From positions 558,001 to 622,000 of the forward strand of contig NW_025767168.1 of assembly GCF_003918875.1 (NCBI RefSeq): 64,000 bases of DNA. Reading direction: 5' to 3'. Position numbers and translations under genes: made by a program. The first letter of the stretch is position 1; each line of letters opens with the position of its first letter. The stretch comes from Haliotis rubra (Eukaryota). Positions 1 to 14,790 of the stretch are shown one piece after another. Under the pieces are notes generated by a model. That model saw nothing but the letters and a program-made list of their open reading frames with translations, ran no database searches and had not been told where the DNA came from.

Positions 1-79
1 AAACAGTGAAAGTTTTCTACTGTCAAGGGTCAATCGAACAGGCTGCATTCTATCTTGAACTTACATTTGCATACTTCGG

Positions 80-246
80 GGGGCGGTGGGCCGGGGTAGC
101 CTAGTGGTTAAAGCGTTGGCTCGTCACGCCGAAGACCCGGGTTCGAATCCCCACATGGGTACAATGTGTGAAGCCCTTTTCTGGTGTTCCCCGCCGTGAT
201 GTTGCTGGAATATTGCTAAAAGCGGTGTAAAACCAAACTCAGTCGG
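80..246 (+). mobile_element. SINE family A (tRNA-Asp-derived), full length
   Basis: A box TAGCCTAGTGG, B box GGTTCGAATCC, GTC anticodon remnant; 12-bp TSD tgcatacttcgg (68-79 / 247-258). Confidence 0.92.
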
Positions 247-1759
247 TGCATACTTCGGTGGTTCTAGTTTTCACAATGTTTTCTTTAACGGCTTTAACAA
301 AGTAATTTACTTTCTTTCAGAATCTTCTCCCATCCACAAAAGGAACCAGGTGATGTATAAAGTGCAGTTACCTCTTGGTGGAGCACGGGACATTGCCACC
401 AAATCAGTTGACAACTATTTGAAATATTGATTTCAACATTTATCACTTCTGTCACAATCATTCTCCTTTACCTCAGTTTCTGAATTATGTAGCGGCGTTT
501 TCAAATCGTATACAATAACCTGGCGTGTTCTCGTACTTGATTAAATTCATGTGTATATTTCAGCTGAACAACATATATTCCTGACTTAAATGTTTTCTAT
601 GGATATTTACACTGTGTGATGTCGGAGTACAATGATGGGTTCAACTTCATGGTTTTGCACCATGGGTTTTTTATTGCTTTGTCATGCTCAGTGCATTGAC
701 GATTCATAATAAATAGACAACTTGCTACGTTTATTCAACTGGTCACCCTTCTTTAAATTGAAAACATAGCATGTGTATTTCCAAAATCTGTCCCTGTTCT
801 CACATCACATCATGTCCCTGTTTACACATTAGCAGCAATGACGTCCAAGAGAAATGTGTCCCTCCTCAAACATCACCATACCAACCGTAACCCAGTGTAA
901 CAATCATGGAATAGGAAGAGATACCATACTCCCTGACGTGATTCGTGACATGGTACCGCACTCGGACTGTGAATGGTAATAGACAATTCTCGATCGATTG
1001 ATTCAAAAGTATTTAGAGACAACATTGCGTATTGGCGATAGTTGTGAAAAGTGTCTATCCCACACGATGACTGTTTCATCGACCCATCGTACACCCAAAC
1101 GGAGGAAAACACTGGAATGTTCTAAATGACATTCTAGGGTTCTCTCTACTGCTGTTATTTACCTACATATTCAACGGACCCCTTGTCAGGATCCCTTCCA
1201 AATCTGAAGTGTGCGTGTTGGATGTTTGTGGAGCACCGTTAATAACCAGAGGTGGTACTGTAAGAATTCAGTTTATTGTTTCTTTAATGTTCAAGATGTA
1301 CATACATTGACTGTATTTTTTATTACCTGGGCGCGAGGTTTGGGTGCTTCGCGGGCAATTTTCAAGAATACTAATACAACATATTCATAAAGCGTCAAAG
1401 GAATAAATCGGTATAAATACATGCACACGCACATCAACATCAGACGATGAAAGTGGAATGGTGGCTTTGGGAATACTTTCCCAAGAAAGCTGACAGTTAC
1501 AGATTATACCTTATCACGAAGACCGACAAAACCAATGTTTACATTTCACAAATCCACTCATCCACAAACCCACTCACTCACAAACCCAAACACCCTCCAG
1601 ATCACACATGTCAAACACGGAAAACAATATGACTACCAATCAATTACCCACCTGTTGATAAGTCAGTAAATAAAACGTGTGTATGTATACACCTTTAAGT
1701 ATGTAAAAGGCTGTCAGCACGTATGCATGTATAACATGTATGTAATAACTGAGGAACCT

Positions 1760-2060
1760 TAGTATTTCAAACTCTAAAGAGGCCGATGCTCACGCTCCAC
1801 CTTCAAAGTCGGTTTAGATGAAGGTATTCAGAAAATACCAAAACGTTTATGGATTGTGACAAAGTTTCCTTTATGCAGTGAATTTTGTATGTCAGAGGAC
1901 GAAGCTCATGTCGTATTTGACCGTTAAGTATTTGATGATTATGCCCCAGGTAATGAGTTTGGGAATCATTGTCAGAGTAACAAAAATGTCAAGTCAGAAG
2001 AAAGTCAACCGTGTTATTTACATATATAACTACTGGGGTTTTTTTCCAATATAGATTTGA
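1760..2060 (+). mobile_element. Decayed LINE C-terminal zinc-knuckle region
   Basis: PLCSEFCMSEDEAHVVFD resembles C..C...EDE.H..F.C. Confidence 0.4.
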
Positions 2061-3439
2061 AATACGTAATGACGCTATTTGTTCGCCGAACATGTAAACA
2101 ATATCATGCATATTTTAATACATAATACAACCATGAACTATAGGTGTTGGACTCATGTTTCTGAATTATATCTGCTCACAATGCAGTAACTGCTCTTGCT
2201 GCCATGGAGAAACTGGTTGGACAAATATTGCAACACATACATGTAAATAGCTTATTTACGTAACACACTAAACATAACGTTTACTTTTATTCGACAGGAT
2301 GTAATGCAGTCTTAGAATTCTTCCCCTAAGAAGATCGGAATCCGATGAGGTGAGAATCTAGAGAAGCTTTGCTAAATCTCTTAGGTCCATGTCTGCTTAA
2401 CTCCTCATTACACAAATGTATCACCCCCTGCTGTATCGTGAAGACTGACGGGAAGGAACTAAATACTATCTTCTTTCGCAACGGCATGACCACTTGCTTA
2501 CTGATTAATACTATCTTTCAGTCAGTGATATTCTTGCTATGATATAACTATAGCATCGCTTTCTATCACTGGCCTAAGCCTTTATACCAGGGCACAGAAG
2601 GTGAAAGACAGGTAATTGTCATTGACCCTCTATTATTCTATCTCTACAACCATTCGATACCAATGAAATGCATCACGATTGCTTTCAGAGATATGACAGT
2701 AAAGAAGGTTGACGACAAAACATTGTAATTACGTAAATAATGAACAAATATTAGCATTCAAATATCGTTCCTTACAAATGAATGCGGATAATCTTTTCAT
2801 TTGACACAAAAGCAGGCAATCATTGTTAGCATTTGCACTGAATAACAATCAAACGTACTTCGATCCATGCAGAATCAAAAGAGAAGTACTCAAACCCATG
2901 ACAGCTCCGAAGCAAAAACTGTCAAAGATTCTTTAAATTATTTCCTCATATATTGTTTGTGGGCATTAAAACATCTTTACATATCACTACAGCATGCATG
3001 AGGCAAACAGGTCTTTGCGTGATTGTATGTTGTATCCCGTGTTCTGTTGCAGATGTTCCAATCTTCCGTGGGCTGATCGATAGCCACGAATAAATGTTGC
3101 GACATTAAGATCTACTTTCGGCCTTCATATTGCAACTGAATTTGTATGAGACGTTACCTGCTGATTTGTTCGTCTTTGGACTCTTGAAATAAAGTATGGG
3201 ACATTTTCAGGACTTTTCACCACCCTCATATTAGTACCTTGTGGACGAACTAACCCGCTCAGATCGTGCATCTCTTTGAATCGTGATGTTCAAAATTCGC
3301 CAACTGTGAGACACCAGCTTCTTCAAGTATCATGTCCAATGATTTCACAGCCGTGATCCCAAACATTTCAAAACCAGAAACGCATTCCCTATGTTACCAC
3401 AGGACTATTATACATACTTAATCTTCTGCATTTTGTTAC

Positions 3440-4500
3440 TTTTCAAAATAAAAATAGTCGCATGGACAATTATCACAGAAAAGGTTTATTTCAATGTATA
3501 GCAGACACAAAAGAAACTCTTAAAATATTGAGCTATTAAAAATCTTTCAAAATTTGAAATAATGACAATAAAAGGTTTTCATGTGTACTTAAAGTGGATA
3601 ATGATATCATAAGAGGACGGCAGAATAGCATGTTTACTGTGACAGGGTTCAGGGTTCAAGCAAAACAAGTTTAAAACCCCAACAACGGTGCGCAGCTAGA
3701 ACAGCAGTCCATTCCCGATGCACAGAATCAATCAAATGGGCATAGTAGGCTTGTGGAATGGTTGCAATATTCACTGCAAGTCGGCTGCCGGATCTAACGG
3801 ATTTGGTACACGACATGGACGTCGTTCCATTTCATCCCCTTTGGGGAGAGATCCTGTGAATCCGTGGCCAATTCAGCATTGGAACATTTTGCTGTTGAAG
3901 AAGAGAGGTGTGAGGAGGTGAATTATCCTGCTGGAAAGGCAATCCTTGGTCATCACGATGAAGCCTACACCAATCGAATTGCTCTTAGCAACCAGAATAG
4001 GGGTAGTCTGACGTGCACTTATCCCACCCAAAGTCATCACGAAACCAACCCCAAAGCGATTCCTCTCCAAGATACAGGCTTGAGCATTACGCCTGTACAA
4101 ACGTCAACGTCTGTCACTATGAGAAGTGTCTGTTGGTGCTCGACCAAACCGAGGATGATATGATTTCGGCACAACATTTGATGGTTTTCTCGATGAGGAT
4201 AGGTTTGTATGTCGGAACGACGTGGACGTATCCCGTAATGACGTTAGCGCTTCATGATTGCTGGGGTAGATACACTGAAGTCCTGGAATATTTAGAGCAG
4301 AGGTCACTAAAGTCTGGAACGTGTGTCGGAGAAGGGCCACCCGTATCCATCTGTCCTGTCTTGGCGTTGTGACGTGTAGACGTCCTGCATGTGGGCGATC
4401 GGTAACTTTAGTGGTGTTCTGATAACGCCTCAACAGTGTTCTGATAACTTCTCAACAGTGTTCAAATGGTGTTTCGGTGGCAGCTAATACACAGCTACTT
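3440..4500 (-). pseudogene. Degenerate Tc1-like transposase
   Basis: MRRYQNTTKVTDRPHAGRLHVTTPRQDRWIR (Tc1 HTH/linker) with a decayed WP..SP motif downstream. Confidence 0.75.
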
Positions 4501-5716
4501 TGAGACATTCCCCCAATGATCATATCAAAAGCTTCATGACTTTGTGCAGTTTATTATCCTTTTTATTCAATGTCGAAACTAGTGATGTCACGAAATGTAG
4601 TACATGCATATACGCTCAGTTCACTAATTACTTGTGTTTACATCCGCATTTGTGTACACATGCAGTTCCAACACATAGTTTGGTTTCCTCTGTTTTGTTT
4701 TGTGTCTAGTTTACATGGTAAAGCAGGTGATTACAGAGAACAAATTAAACTCTTCGAGTCTATGTTTGGGTAAGTAATCATCCAGACTAAACACTCTTGT
4801 TTATGAATGCATTTCATCGTAAAATATACTCATAACTATATAACATTGTAAATTATCATTATAACTATTTCGATGGGACAGTTACCGGCGCGACTTTCAC
4901 ATGCTCTCGTTTTGATGTGTCTGCAGTTTCTGCTGGAAGCAGACAGTATATTATATGATGCAAAGATTTCTACCACTACCCATGATTTAGACAACGTACA
5001 CATTATTACAGTCAATCACGCCGCCAGGGACAATGTTATCTTCAGCCATTATTAATATTATTGTACACTTTCACGTCAAAATATTGCACAAAACACTTTC
5101 CTCAAGCCACAATATGGATATTATCCTTACACAGACTATTGAACAACTGCTCTTCCTACTGGTAATCTCACCAGGCACTTGGATACTATTTATATCTACT
5201 AAATATGGAGTCACTTGTATAGAACACAACTTATATTCGTGAAAAACACATATTAGTGGGAGTCAAGATGGTTGTAATACTGCAGATGCAAGGAATTTCA
5301 TTGGTCATTTGTGTAACTGTCTCCACTATTTTGCTTTTTACGGCGAGTGGAAGCCGTTTTGGCAGATTACCCAGAGTGATTATTCCCTAGCGTTGTCATT
5401 TGTTATTCTGTACACATTCTTTTCACGATTTGTGTCCAGTCCTCGATTTGTAGACCAAGCAAGATTTGCATGCCTTCTCTACATTCATCGTTGGGAGTAG
5501 GAACTTGCCTTGCTGTACCATAGGCACATGGTCTTTCATACTGCCAAAAGAAGCTTAACCCATGAATCCGTTTTTCTTTCAAAATGTGTCGCCGTTCGAA
5601 CCATTCCTGTCTGTGAATGCTCAGATGTTGTTTGCTATTGCATGACAACACGACAGTGTGGTATGTTTCTTTTGAACCGGATTACCATTTAATCTATCAT
5701 CAACGTGCAGTAATAA

Positions 5717-5804
5717 TGAAGCCCTTTTCTGGTGTCCCCCGCCGTGATGTTGCTGGAATATTGCTAAAAGCGGCGTAAAAACCAAACTCAGTCAGTCAGT
5801 CAGT
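5717..5804 (+). mobile_element. SINE family A, 5'-truncated
   Basis: 3' half nearly identical to 80-246, with an (AGTC)n tail. Confidence 0.85.
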
Positions 5805-6870
5805 TCAAATATGCTTGTCTCTCTAGAGGCAGCAATAAGTAACAAGTCACAACAACAAACCTAATTGAATCTAGAGATGAAAACATGTGGTAAATGGACA
5901 CTCTGTAACTTTCTAGTAGGATAACATCTAGTTTCTGAAATGTACATTCTTATTTTACATTTTCCTCAAACTGCAGTCATATGATAGACTTGCATTGGCA
6001 GTCTTGGTAATATATGTTTCAGGGTCTGTTTGACAGACTGCCTTTCAGGGGATTTAGTTTATCACTCATTGTTACCGTTATATGCAATCTGGAAAGTGAG
6101 TATGAATTGCGGTAGGAAAGTGTTAGTCTTTGAAATTATTATCATTGTGACGAGTGACATCCAAGTATTCTTCTGTCTTTTAGTGTATTTGAATATTGTC
6201 ATGCCGCAGACATACTCTACTGGAATATGTATTGCTTAAAAAGCAGTAAACGAGAATGTGTATCTAAAAAGATTTGGTGGTAAGTATAATCGATGCTTTA
6301 ATGCCGAAAGTCATTGCACGAAAAACTGTATCTCGGGAGTAGTAAACGATTCCTCATTAAACCTAGATGTATTAAGAGATAAAAACGGGGGTAATCAATT
6401 CCCTTTAACATGATTTCTTAAATTATATAACACAAACCAGAGTCGTTCGGATTTTTTTTCAAAAGAACACATTCTTGCATATATAAATACAGTGAAGCGG
6501 AGAGACAGCATTTATCTTGTTTTATAAACCGCTAACGAGTTCTTCCAACATTCGCATTGATTTTAAGTGTCACCGTCTTCTTTTCGTGCGGTTTTTTAGA
6601 TAACAGGTCTGATCATTTTCCTCTGAAATATTCTCCCTTCTTTTATATGTACATGCCAGGAACCATTGTCATGAGTATATGTTGAAAGCTTGTGGACCAT
6701 AAAAAAATCAATCATCTAAGCTAAAATTGTGAAATTTTCTTTCTTGGATTGCTGCTCTGGGTATGTATTGCTTTTAATTATGATAACATCTAAATACATT
6801 GTAGCACCAACTGAAATGAACATAAAAGCAGAATTGATTCAATAAGGAAAAGAGAATTATGGTAGTAGGA

Positions 6871-7034
6871 TTGAGTGAGTACCATGGTTTTCGCCGCTTT
6901 TAGCAATATTCCAGCAATATCACATCGGGGGACACCAGAAATGGGCTTCCCACATTGTACCCATGTGGGGAATCCACCCCGGCACTTCGGTGTGACGAGC
7001 AAACTCTTTAGTCACTAGGCTACTCCACCGTCCC
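6871..7034 (-). mobile_element. SINE family A
   Basis: Reverse-complement match; 11-bp TSD tggtagtagga (6860-6870 / 7035-7045). Confidence 0.88.
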
Positions 7035-7443
7035 TGGTAGTAGGAAGAGATACACGTTTAAAACTATCTTAGTCAGTCTGAACGCTATTTCAAATCGTTC
7101 AAACCTGCTGCAGTAGCACCACTGTTTATGCTCATACAATGAACATTTAGAAAACCAATAAAGTGTCCATAAGTATCCATCCATGGTTCCAAGAAAAAAA
7201 CGAATTTTCAGGTGAATTAGTGATAATGTCAAACGTGAAAACATATTGAGACTTTATCAAACGGAGAGGACGCTTACTTCCTGAACATCGTACCTCATGA
7301 CACATTCTCATTTCAATAATTCTTAAACCTTATTTCAAATAGTTGTATCCAATCAACTGATGCAGTTACAACAAAATTCATGGTCGGATAATGCTAAAGT
7401 GAATATTTAAGAACATATCTGACGTATCCATTGGTACCATTTA

Positions 7444-7603
7444 TGGGGTAGCCTAGTGGTTAATGGCTTCACTCGTCACCCGGAACAACCCGGCTTCGAC
7501 TTCCCACATGGGTACAGCCTGTGAAGCCTATTGTCCCATATCGTCATATTACTAGCGTATTGGTAAATACGGCGGAAAACCATACTCCCTCACTCATTCA
7601 CTA
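7444..7603 (+). mobile_element. SINE family A, diverged
   Basis: ggggtagcctagtggttaa...cccacatgggtaca...ggcggaaaaccatactc. Confidence 0.8.
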
Positions 7604-9504
7604 AAAAAGGCGAGGGCACTCAGAACACACTTGAGTTTTCAGATCCTGACTTCATCCGTTTATTGCCAAATTTCAAAACCGGACACGAGCTGGGTAAATG
7701 ACAAGCAGCGCGAATTAGACACGATCGTCAGCCTTGGTTATGCTAATTTAATGCCCTCTACGACATGTTCTCTGTTCTCAAATGTTCTCGATGCAAGAGA
7801 TGGGATTGCTAAATGTATTGGAGGGTTTCCCCGTAAGTGCACATTGAAACTAACTGCAAATCAATTCTTTCTATTGAAACGGTATTTTCGACAGTGCATG
7901 GACTACTTGAAGTATTTCCCGTTTAAACATTAAAATTAATTAATTCCAAACAATCCCTTTATGTTGGTGATCCCATTCCAATATATACATTAAACAATTG
8001 TGTCATAATGCCTGAGTATTGTCCAGCTATATTTGTAAATCAGTCAATTCAGATTTAACAGCTAAGTGTCTCATGAACAAAAACAATATCATACTGATAT
8101 CCAAATTTTAATGTCTGCGAGATACAATTTAACTGAAGCCTCTTCTTTGGATATGTGGATTGAAAGTCAATAACCTGCAGGATATGCTTGATTCAAAATA
8201 CTGGAGTGAGAGGGATGAAGTGTTGACATATAATGTGTTCAGGGATTAAGAAACGGTATATTTTATCAGACATTTATGGTGTGATTCATCGATCATTTTT
8301 GTATGTATCGAATTTGAGTCTTTACAATTTCACAGTCATCATAGTTTTCCGTGAAACAATACGTCAAACGATAAATGTTACACAATTAACAAAGTTTCTT
8401 ATCACTACAAATTACTACAAATCAAATAAAATGGCAGTACACATTAGAGAAGCAGAACACGTTCAGTGACAGCGCGCATACCAAGGCATTATGATATAAA
8501 AGCAGTGATCATTGCACCAAAAGCAACAAGGGCAGTGCTAATCCAAAATAGGCCCAGGTTGAAAAGTGATTTTCACGAAATCATGTTCTTGGTGCGATCT
8601 GAGATATGAGTATATACACATTCTAGAGGTTCCCCTCTTCCTGGCCAGACTTAACTGGTGTACTTGTCCTCCACCGAAATAAACATTTACAAGTGTAACA
8701 CTATTTACGATGGATTTTACTACCAAACAATATAATATGCACTGAATCATGTCATACTATTATACTTCAATGTATTTGCAGGGCATATGTCTAATTTATA
8801 GCTTCACTTGCAGATGATACATGTCATCTATATTGCACGCGACCATATGTAAATATCAACCAACCCGTTGATACTGACAGATGTGAATATCAGGAGTCGA
8901 TTGAAAGGTTACTTTAAGGTATTGCGAAATACAGGTAAGTGACACTGAGAGGTTAGAGCCATATAAGCCTTTGCCATTACTAGTTTTTGATTTGATTACA
9001 CCCAATAATCCAAATAGTTAATAGCAGACGCTGCGTAGGTATAAGACCAGTTAGAAACAATCCATTGTCTTTACTCATCAATATCCTCAAAGGCAAATAC
9101 AATGATATTTGAAAAAGGTGGTCCGTTTCAGGAAATTTAATTTAACTGATTTAGCATACTTTCCGCGCCAAACATTGGAATCTCGAAGTTAATCTAACAG
9201 GCAAAGCTCATGATCTGAACATGTGAATATTTGATGTTCTATGATCTCCCATGAAAATAGGTGATTCCCTGTGTACTCTGTCTCATGATCGGAAATAAAA
9301 TAACTGTTCATAGTCTGTACGACCTGTGACTGCAAAGCTTTGAGCTTAACGATAATATGCTGCATTGATGTGGTTGGTTATTAATAATTTTTCGCCGTAA
9401 TCACCTCTGAAGTCGACACACGTTTTACATAAGAGTTCGAATGCCTGGATCACGCTGGTATAGAAGGATTTCTCCAAGCGCTGTTAAAATCCTTAGCGCT
9501 TAAT

Positions 9505-9739
9505 CAGTGTATGAAATAAGGCCCGTCCGTCCGTCCGAGACGGGCTAGATTTCGGACGGACGGTCTAAATTTACAACTAGCGAGCCCGATGGTCTTGTAA
9601 AAACTTTAGATGTTCCATACATCTGAAAGATATTCACCATATTTTGGTGTCTGGTCTGATTAATCCATTTTGGGCTGGTAACATTTTGAAGTTACCAGCC
9701 CTGATGTCTGGCTGGGTTTTGGGCTTATTTCATACACTG
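9505..9739. mobile_element. hAT-like MITE
   Basis: Perfect 16-bp TIR cagtgtatgaaataag; flanking direct repeat gcttaat (7 bp). Confidence 0.85.
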
Positions 9740-10119
9740 GCTTAATGTTTATCAATCAGTTCATCAAGTTTGGGAAGAAGAGGAAATCTGACTGGGGCCA
9801 AATGTGGTGACTATGGAGGATGCCCAATGAATACAAAGCTGAGAGAGTGATGGATTTCAGCAAACGATGACAACAGATGTGTGCGCGGATGAACGGTCCT
9901 GGTGACACAACACGCCTCAGTGCGTTTGTTCCCTCATACTGGGCCATACCTTACAAGAGGTAAACCACTAGGAAAATGTCATTGGACTATTTCCTCTGTT
10001 TTGACTGGAGTTTAGTCTCTGCATGATAGTTCTAGATTCCAGTTCATTCATGACCTCACCAAAATCCGCTGGGCCGGCTTCATAACGGGAGATGATGAGC
10101 GAAAAATGTGGTATATTTT

Positions 10120-10306
10120 TGGTTGTTGTTTAACGTTGCACGCTGCAATAATCTAGCTATATGGTTACATAGAGCATCGATCAACGCAGTTGGTATACGA
10201 TGACATGTGGCAACCAAGTCAACGAGTCCGACCACCCAAACCCGTTAACCGCCTCTTTCGACAAGCAATGGGTTGCTGAAGACCAATTCTAACCCGGATC
10301 TTGACC
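10120..10306 (-). mobile_element. SINE family B (non-tRNA, pseudoknot head)
   Basis: Matches 43523-43770: acaagcaatgggttgctgaagaccaattctaacccggatc. Confidence 0.8.
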
Positions 10307-12184
10307 TTTGTGAACTGAGATGAGAAAACATAATTTTGAAACATTAAACTCTGATAGGATACTAAATTCTTACAGGATTTGGGTAATGTTGCCTGAAGGA
10401 GTAAAAGTTGTTTTGTGCGTGGTATCTCATATTTGCAAATTCTTCCTGGTAGATAGCTAGAGCTGACTGAACGATTCTTCGAGGTCCTCTCTTCCACTTT
10501 TACCCACCCCAATGGTAAAGGGAAGAACATCAAGTCCATAATATTTGCACCATGTCCGTATGGATGGCTTTTTAGTTTGCCCTTTTCATTCGAGATACGT
10601 GACGACAACGCGTTATCCACATGTGCCCATTTTCGTTAACAAAGAATTCCCAGTAACTTTGATGCTGGCACACATACATTGCCTATTTACGTCTTTGGTT
10701 CAATATGCAGTCTTTAACCGTGGAACAGGTTATTGAACTTTTATTGAACTTCAAGTGTGTAATATACATCCGTCCTTTGGGGGATCTGACATTTCAGTTA
10801 CCTCTTGTACTTAAATGTCGATTAGTTTGAATAATCTTCTTATGTGTTATGTAGGGAGGGTCAGGTGAATGGGAAAGGGTTTATGTTAGCCAAGTGCGCT
10901 GCAAATCTCGCATCCGACCATGGGACTGAATCCCAGACGCGCCCTGAATGTGATCCATGGTGAACCACATACTTGTGTTCGTGACTTTCACGAATTTATA
11001 CTTTTGCACTCAGTCTCCTCACCATTGCCCTGGCTTGTAATGTAAATCAACGCATATTGAAAACAATCTGAAAACTTTGTTTCTTACGAATTATTAAGGG
11101 TACTGGGCTCATCAGAGGTCATCTGAGAGATCTGACTGGTTTTGAAGAATAAGAGACTCGATAAGGATAGGAATATGTTCAGAAACATTTATAGAAATCA
11201 TTTTTATCAGAAATGACTCTTCTCAATATCAGACATCTGACACTCGTACGAACATGTCATGCAATAGCAATAACAAGTTAATCTTGTGGACGTCTTTTAT
11301 CAGCCACATTAGTTACAATTATTCATGAGTTTCTATTTTTACGTGAGCCGCCTCCACTTGCTTAAAGACTGTTCTGTGTCAAAGAAACAGATAAGTGTAT
11401 AAATATTTGATGTCAGTACAAGGATACCATGGCAAACCTGTTTCCCAAACACAACCAAGGGAAATGTACAGAGTAGTAATTACCGTGTACCCAAGATCTG
11501 GTCATGATTATGTGTGTTTGTTTAGTGATCGTATATGGCCACGACACAGGTGCTCCTGTCACAAGAATAGATGAGATACAAATGAACGAAACCAATTACC
11601 TTTTTCAACATATCGTCAGTAGTACTGGTATATCAGGTGAAAAATAATGTCACATTAAAAAACGATGCATTGTAGAAATACACAAGTTCAGAGGCATTTG
11701 CAGAATAATAATTGAACTGGTCAAAAAATCGATCACTGTTTCAACGAATTCCTTCAGACATTCAATTTGGAGAATGGTAATTAGTGTCTCATACTAGAGA
11801 CTAAATTCTTACTCGTCTGGATCTTTCACGTTTTGTGTTCCACATGTTAATACCCACTCAAACAATCTATAAAGCAATATGCTTTGGTACTGTAATGAAT
11901 GCCTGCATCAAATTCAAACTTTGTAACTTTACGTCAATCTAAGAAAATGCCATAATAGTTTCATTTTCAACGGACTCAGCAGTTTTCCAATGTGCCCTAG
12001 AGGTCCGTAGAATGTCACTTTAGAATATAATCAACCCATCATATGACAAAAGCAAAGTTGTATCTCTCGTCCGAAAGTAATCACTTGAAAATCAAATTTA
12101 AATAAATGTCCAAATACGGCATGTCATTTCATCTCTGCTGTGCCATCGGTTCGTCAAAACTGATGTTACGCCGAACTCAGTAAT

Positions 12185-12312
12185 AGTTCAGCTATATGGC
12201 GGCGGTCTGCAAATAATCGAGTCTGAACCAGACAATCCAGTGATCGAGCATGCGCATCAATCCACACAAGCATGGGTTACTGAAGATCAATTCTAACCCG
12301 GATCTTCACGGA
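12185..12312 (-). mobile_element. SINE family B, internally deleted
   Basis: gctatatggcggcggtctg...ccagacaatccagtgatc...catgggttactgaagatcaattctaacccggatcttcacgg. Confidence 0.82.
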
Positions 12313-13674
12313 TTGTTGCAACAGAGCCAAAAGGAATGACCAAAAGAAAGGAGAAGTGACATCATTTATACCCGGTGGCACTGTAGTGGAAGATGAAAAC
12401 TGGTTCAACCACGCTGGTGTCGAAACGTTTTCCCCGTTTTAGTCGACTTGGATTACATTTGGTTCATTGTACCTCCGGAGAATTTTACCGATCTACACAT
12501 TTGGTAATTATTTCTACTTTGGTGTCAATTTCCTCAAAGCAAGGTAGAAATACAAGTTCTTCTCTCAGTGTGACGCCAGCTGACTGCTGAATATATCGGT
12601 AGGAAATTAATCATGGCATTTTGTTCCCCAGAGATTAAAACCAAGCCCTTCCTTCCAATCAATAAGTAGTGGCGTAAATGCATAATTATGAAGTTCACTT
12701 TAACTTTACAGTTGGTGGGAGCAATGATCATGGCAGAGATGTATAAAATAGACCAAAAATCCACACCAATTCACGATCATACAAGGACAGTTACATTGAG
12801 CTAGTTATTTGGTACGACGCTACAAGCGTACGTTGTTTCATATTCATTAAACATATCACCATTTTGACTGCTTCAAACCATTTCCAAACTGTATGAGAGT
12901 CTGCCTGAAGTTATTTGATTTAAATCATGACCATATGCGATGATAAGGTCGTATTCATCACTGGTGACACCATGCATGGGAACACCAGCAAGGATGTTCA
13001 GTGTTCTAGGAACGACACTTCGGGATCGCACTGGCGGCAAGTCTGACCCCGAGTCTAGCATAACTCCCGTCCTCAGGTTGAGGGAGAAAGACATAGACAA
13101 AAGGTATGTTTCATGAAGTGTCAGGTACGAGAACACTAAGATTGGGGTAATGCATATGCCTCCAGCCAGGTATCCACCTGGGACCAAAAAGACTAATCTA
13201 AACATTTTCTCTTCATTGGTGCTATGCTTTTATAGAGATGGCATGAGTTTCATGCTAAAGCAGTCACGCACCTTCAAGGTCTGTGGAATAATGGAAGTGG
13301 TTGCGTACATATATTTAATTGAAGTTCTCGTCAAAATGGACAGTTGTGACGTGATGGATAAATCTGAATTCATTTGAGAATAAGTAGATTTTTAAGGAGA
13401 CCCGTTTGCTGTGACCGCTCAGCGATCGTCAACTAATACTACAAATTATATTTGTTTAGAAAGAACAAAGCAATGTGCACATTGCTTATCATCGTGCAGT
13501 TCTGTATCAAATAGAAAGATAAGTGATTATTGATTGTTAAATGATCAAATCTCTATTCCATCTCTAAGGGACTACCACCACGGGCATCACTTCTACTGTC
13601 GAAGTTCACACCTTTTCTTGCTTGTGAATTCACCACTACATGAGAAACAATTTACATTTTCTATTTTCCAGAAA

Positions 13675-13812
13675 GAGTGAGTAAGGTTTTACGCCGTTTT
13701 TATCAATATTCCAGCAATATCAGGACAGGGAACATCAGAAATGTGCTGTACCCATGTGCACCCATGTGGGGAATCGAACCTGGGTCTTCAGCGTGACGGG
13801 TGGTCGCTTTAA
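13675..13812 (-). mobile_element. SINE family A, diverged
   Basis: Reverse-complement match including cccatgtggggaatcgaacc. Confidence 0.8.
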
Positions 13813-14329
13813 TAATACCATCAGGAAACCCCTTTTCCAGTAAGAGGTAAGAGGAGCTGGTACAGGTTCTCAAGAGGTAAGCACTTAGTGCTATTGTCGG
13901 TGGGTAGGCTATCACCCAAATTTAAAAATCTGAAAATCTAGAAATTTAATTCAAGAAGGAAAAAGAATCAACTGCCAGTGTCTCTCAAAAATGTTGTTTA
14001 CTCATAAATCAAATAAACCACTACTAATTCGATAGTCAAGAAGGTCAGATGTCTCAAGCGCTAGGCAAAAAGGAGCACATTTCAGGACAATATCGTTTTT
14101 CAGAAACTGAAAACGACAGTGACGAAGCGGTTTGGAAACTCTTCGATTTCGCTCACTATGTGGGCATGGTGAAAGCAACTGTTTCATCTGCAATGTTGTG
14201 TAGATTTTTCCTTTTTCGCTTGGTCAACATGCAACAATGTTATGTATGCATATGATGTATGTAGTGTGTTTAAAGTGGAACGAAGCCATCCAAGCGAAGA
14301 TTGCGCCATATCAAATCGGCACAATCTCA

Positions 14330-14790
14330 GTTTTCAAGCGGAGGATCTCTGAACGACAACTGCACCCAGTTTATGTGCTATACTTTAAACAGAAGAGCAG
14401 CCCTGCTGAATCCTTCCCTTGGATGAAGTCGGCTGGCCTGAAAACTGAAACAGAAGGCTTTCTGTTTGCTGCTCAGGACCAGTCACTTCCCTGCTCATCA
14501 GCAATGTGGAGAAAATCAGGAGAAAAACGTGCCAAATATTCGGACCTCGCCTTTGAAATGTTCACTGTCGTCAGGCTCCTCATTGTTCTTGCAATTGGTT
14601 CCCTTGGTTTGGTACCTCCACCGGGAGTGCAGTTCTTCGGACAATCCGGTTAATGCAGAGGGCTGCAGCGTTGGGGACTTTTCATGTTTTCAAGAAAGTT
14701 CTTGTGTTCGACCAGGCAGCGCTTCTTGGGAGAAGTTCCATTCGCTGTCTGGGCGGGTCATTGGTACCTGAGCTGATGATGGTACCAGGC
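14330..14790 (+). mobile_element. R4/Dong-type (restriction-like endonuclease) LINE fragment, internally deleted
   Basis: WMKSAGLKTETEGFLFAAQDQSLP followed by EKRAKYSDLAFEM...AIGSLG, both typical of R4-clade C-termini. Confidence 0.8.

Noticed and set aside
80-152. Functional tRNA genes at the heads of SINE families A, C and D
   Set aside because: The acceptor stems do not close, and each head continues into a SINE body with a tail and TSD
12873-13205. 110-aa minus-strand ORF
   Set aside because: No identifiable motif; it lies within the decayed duplicated region and is probably a relic or chance ORF
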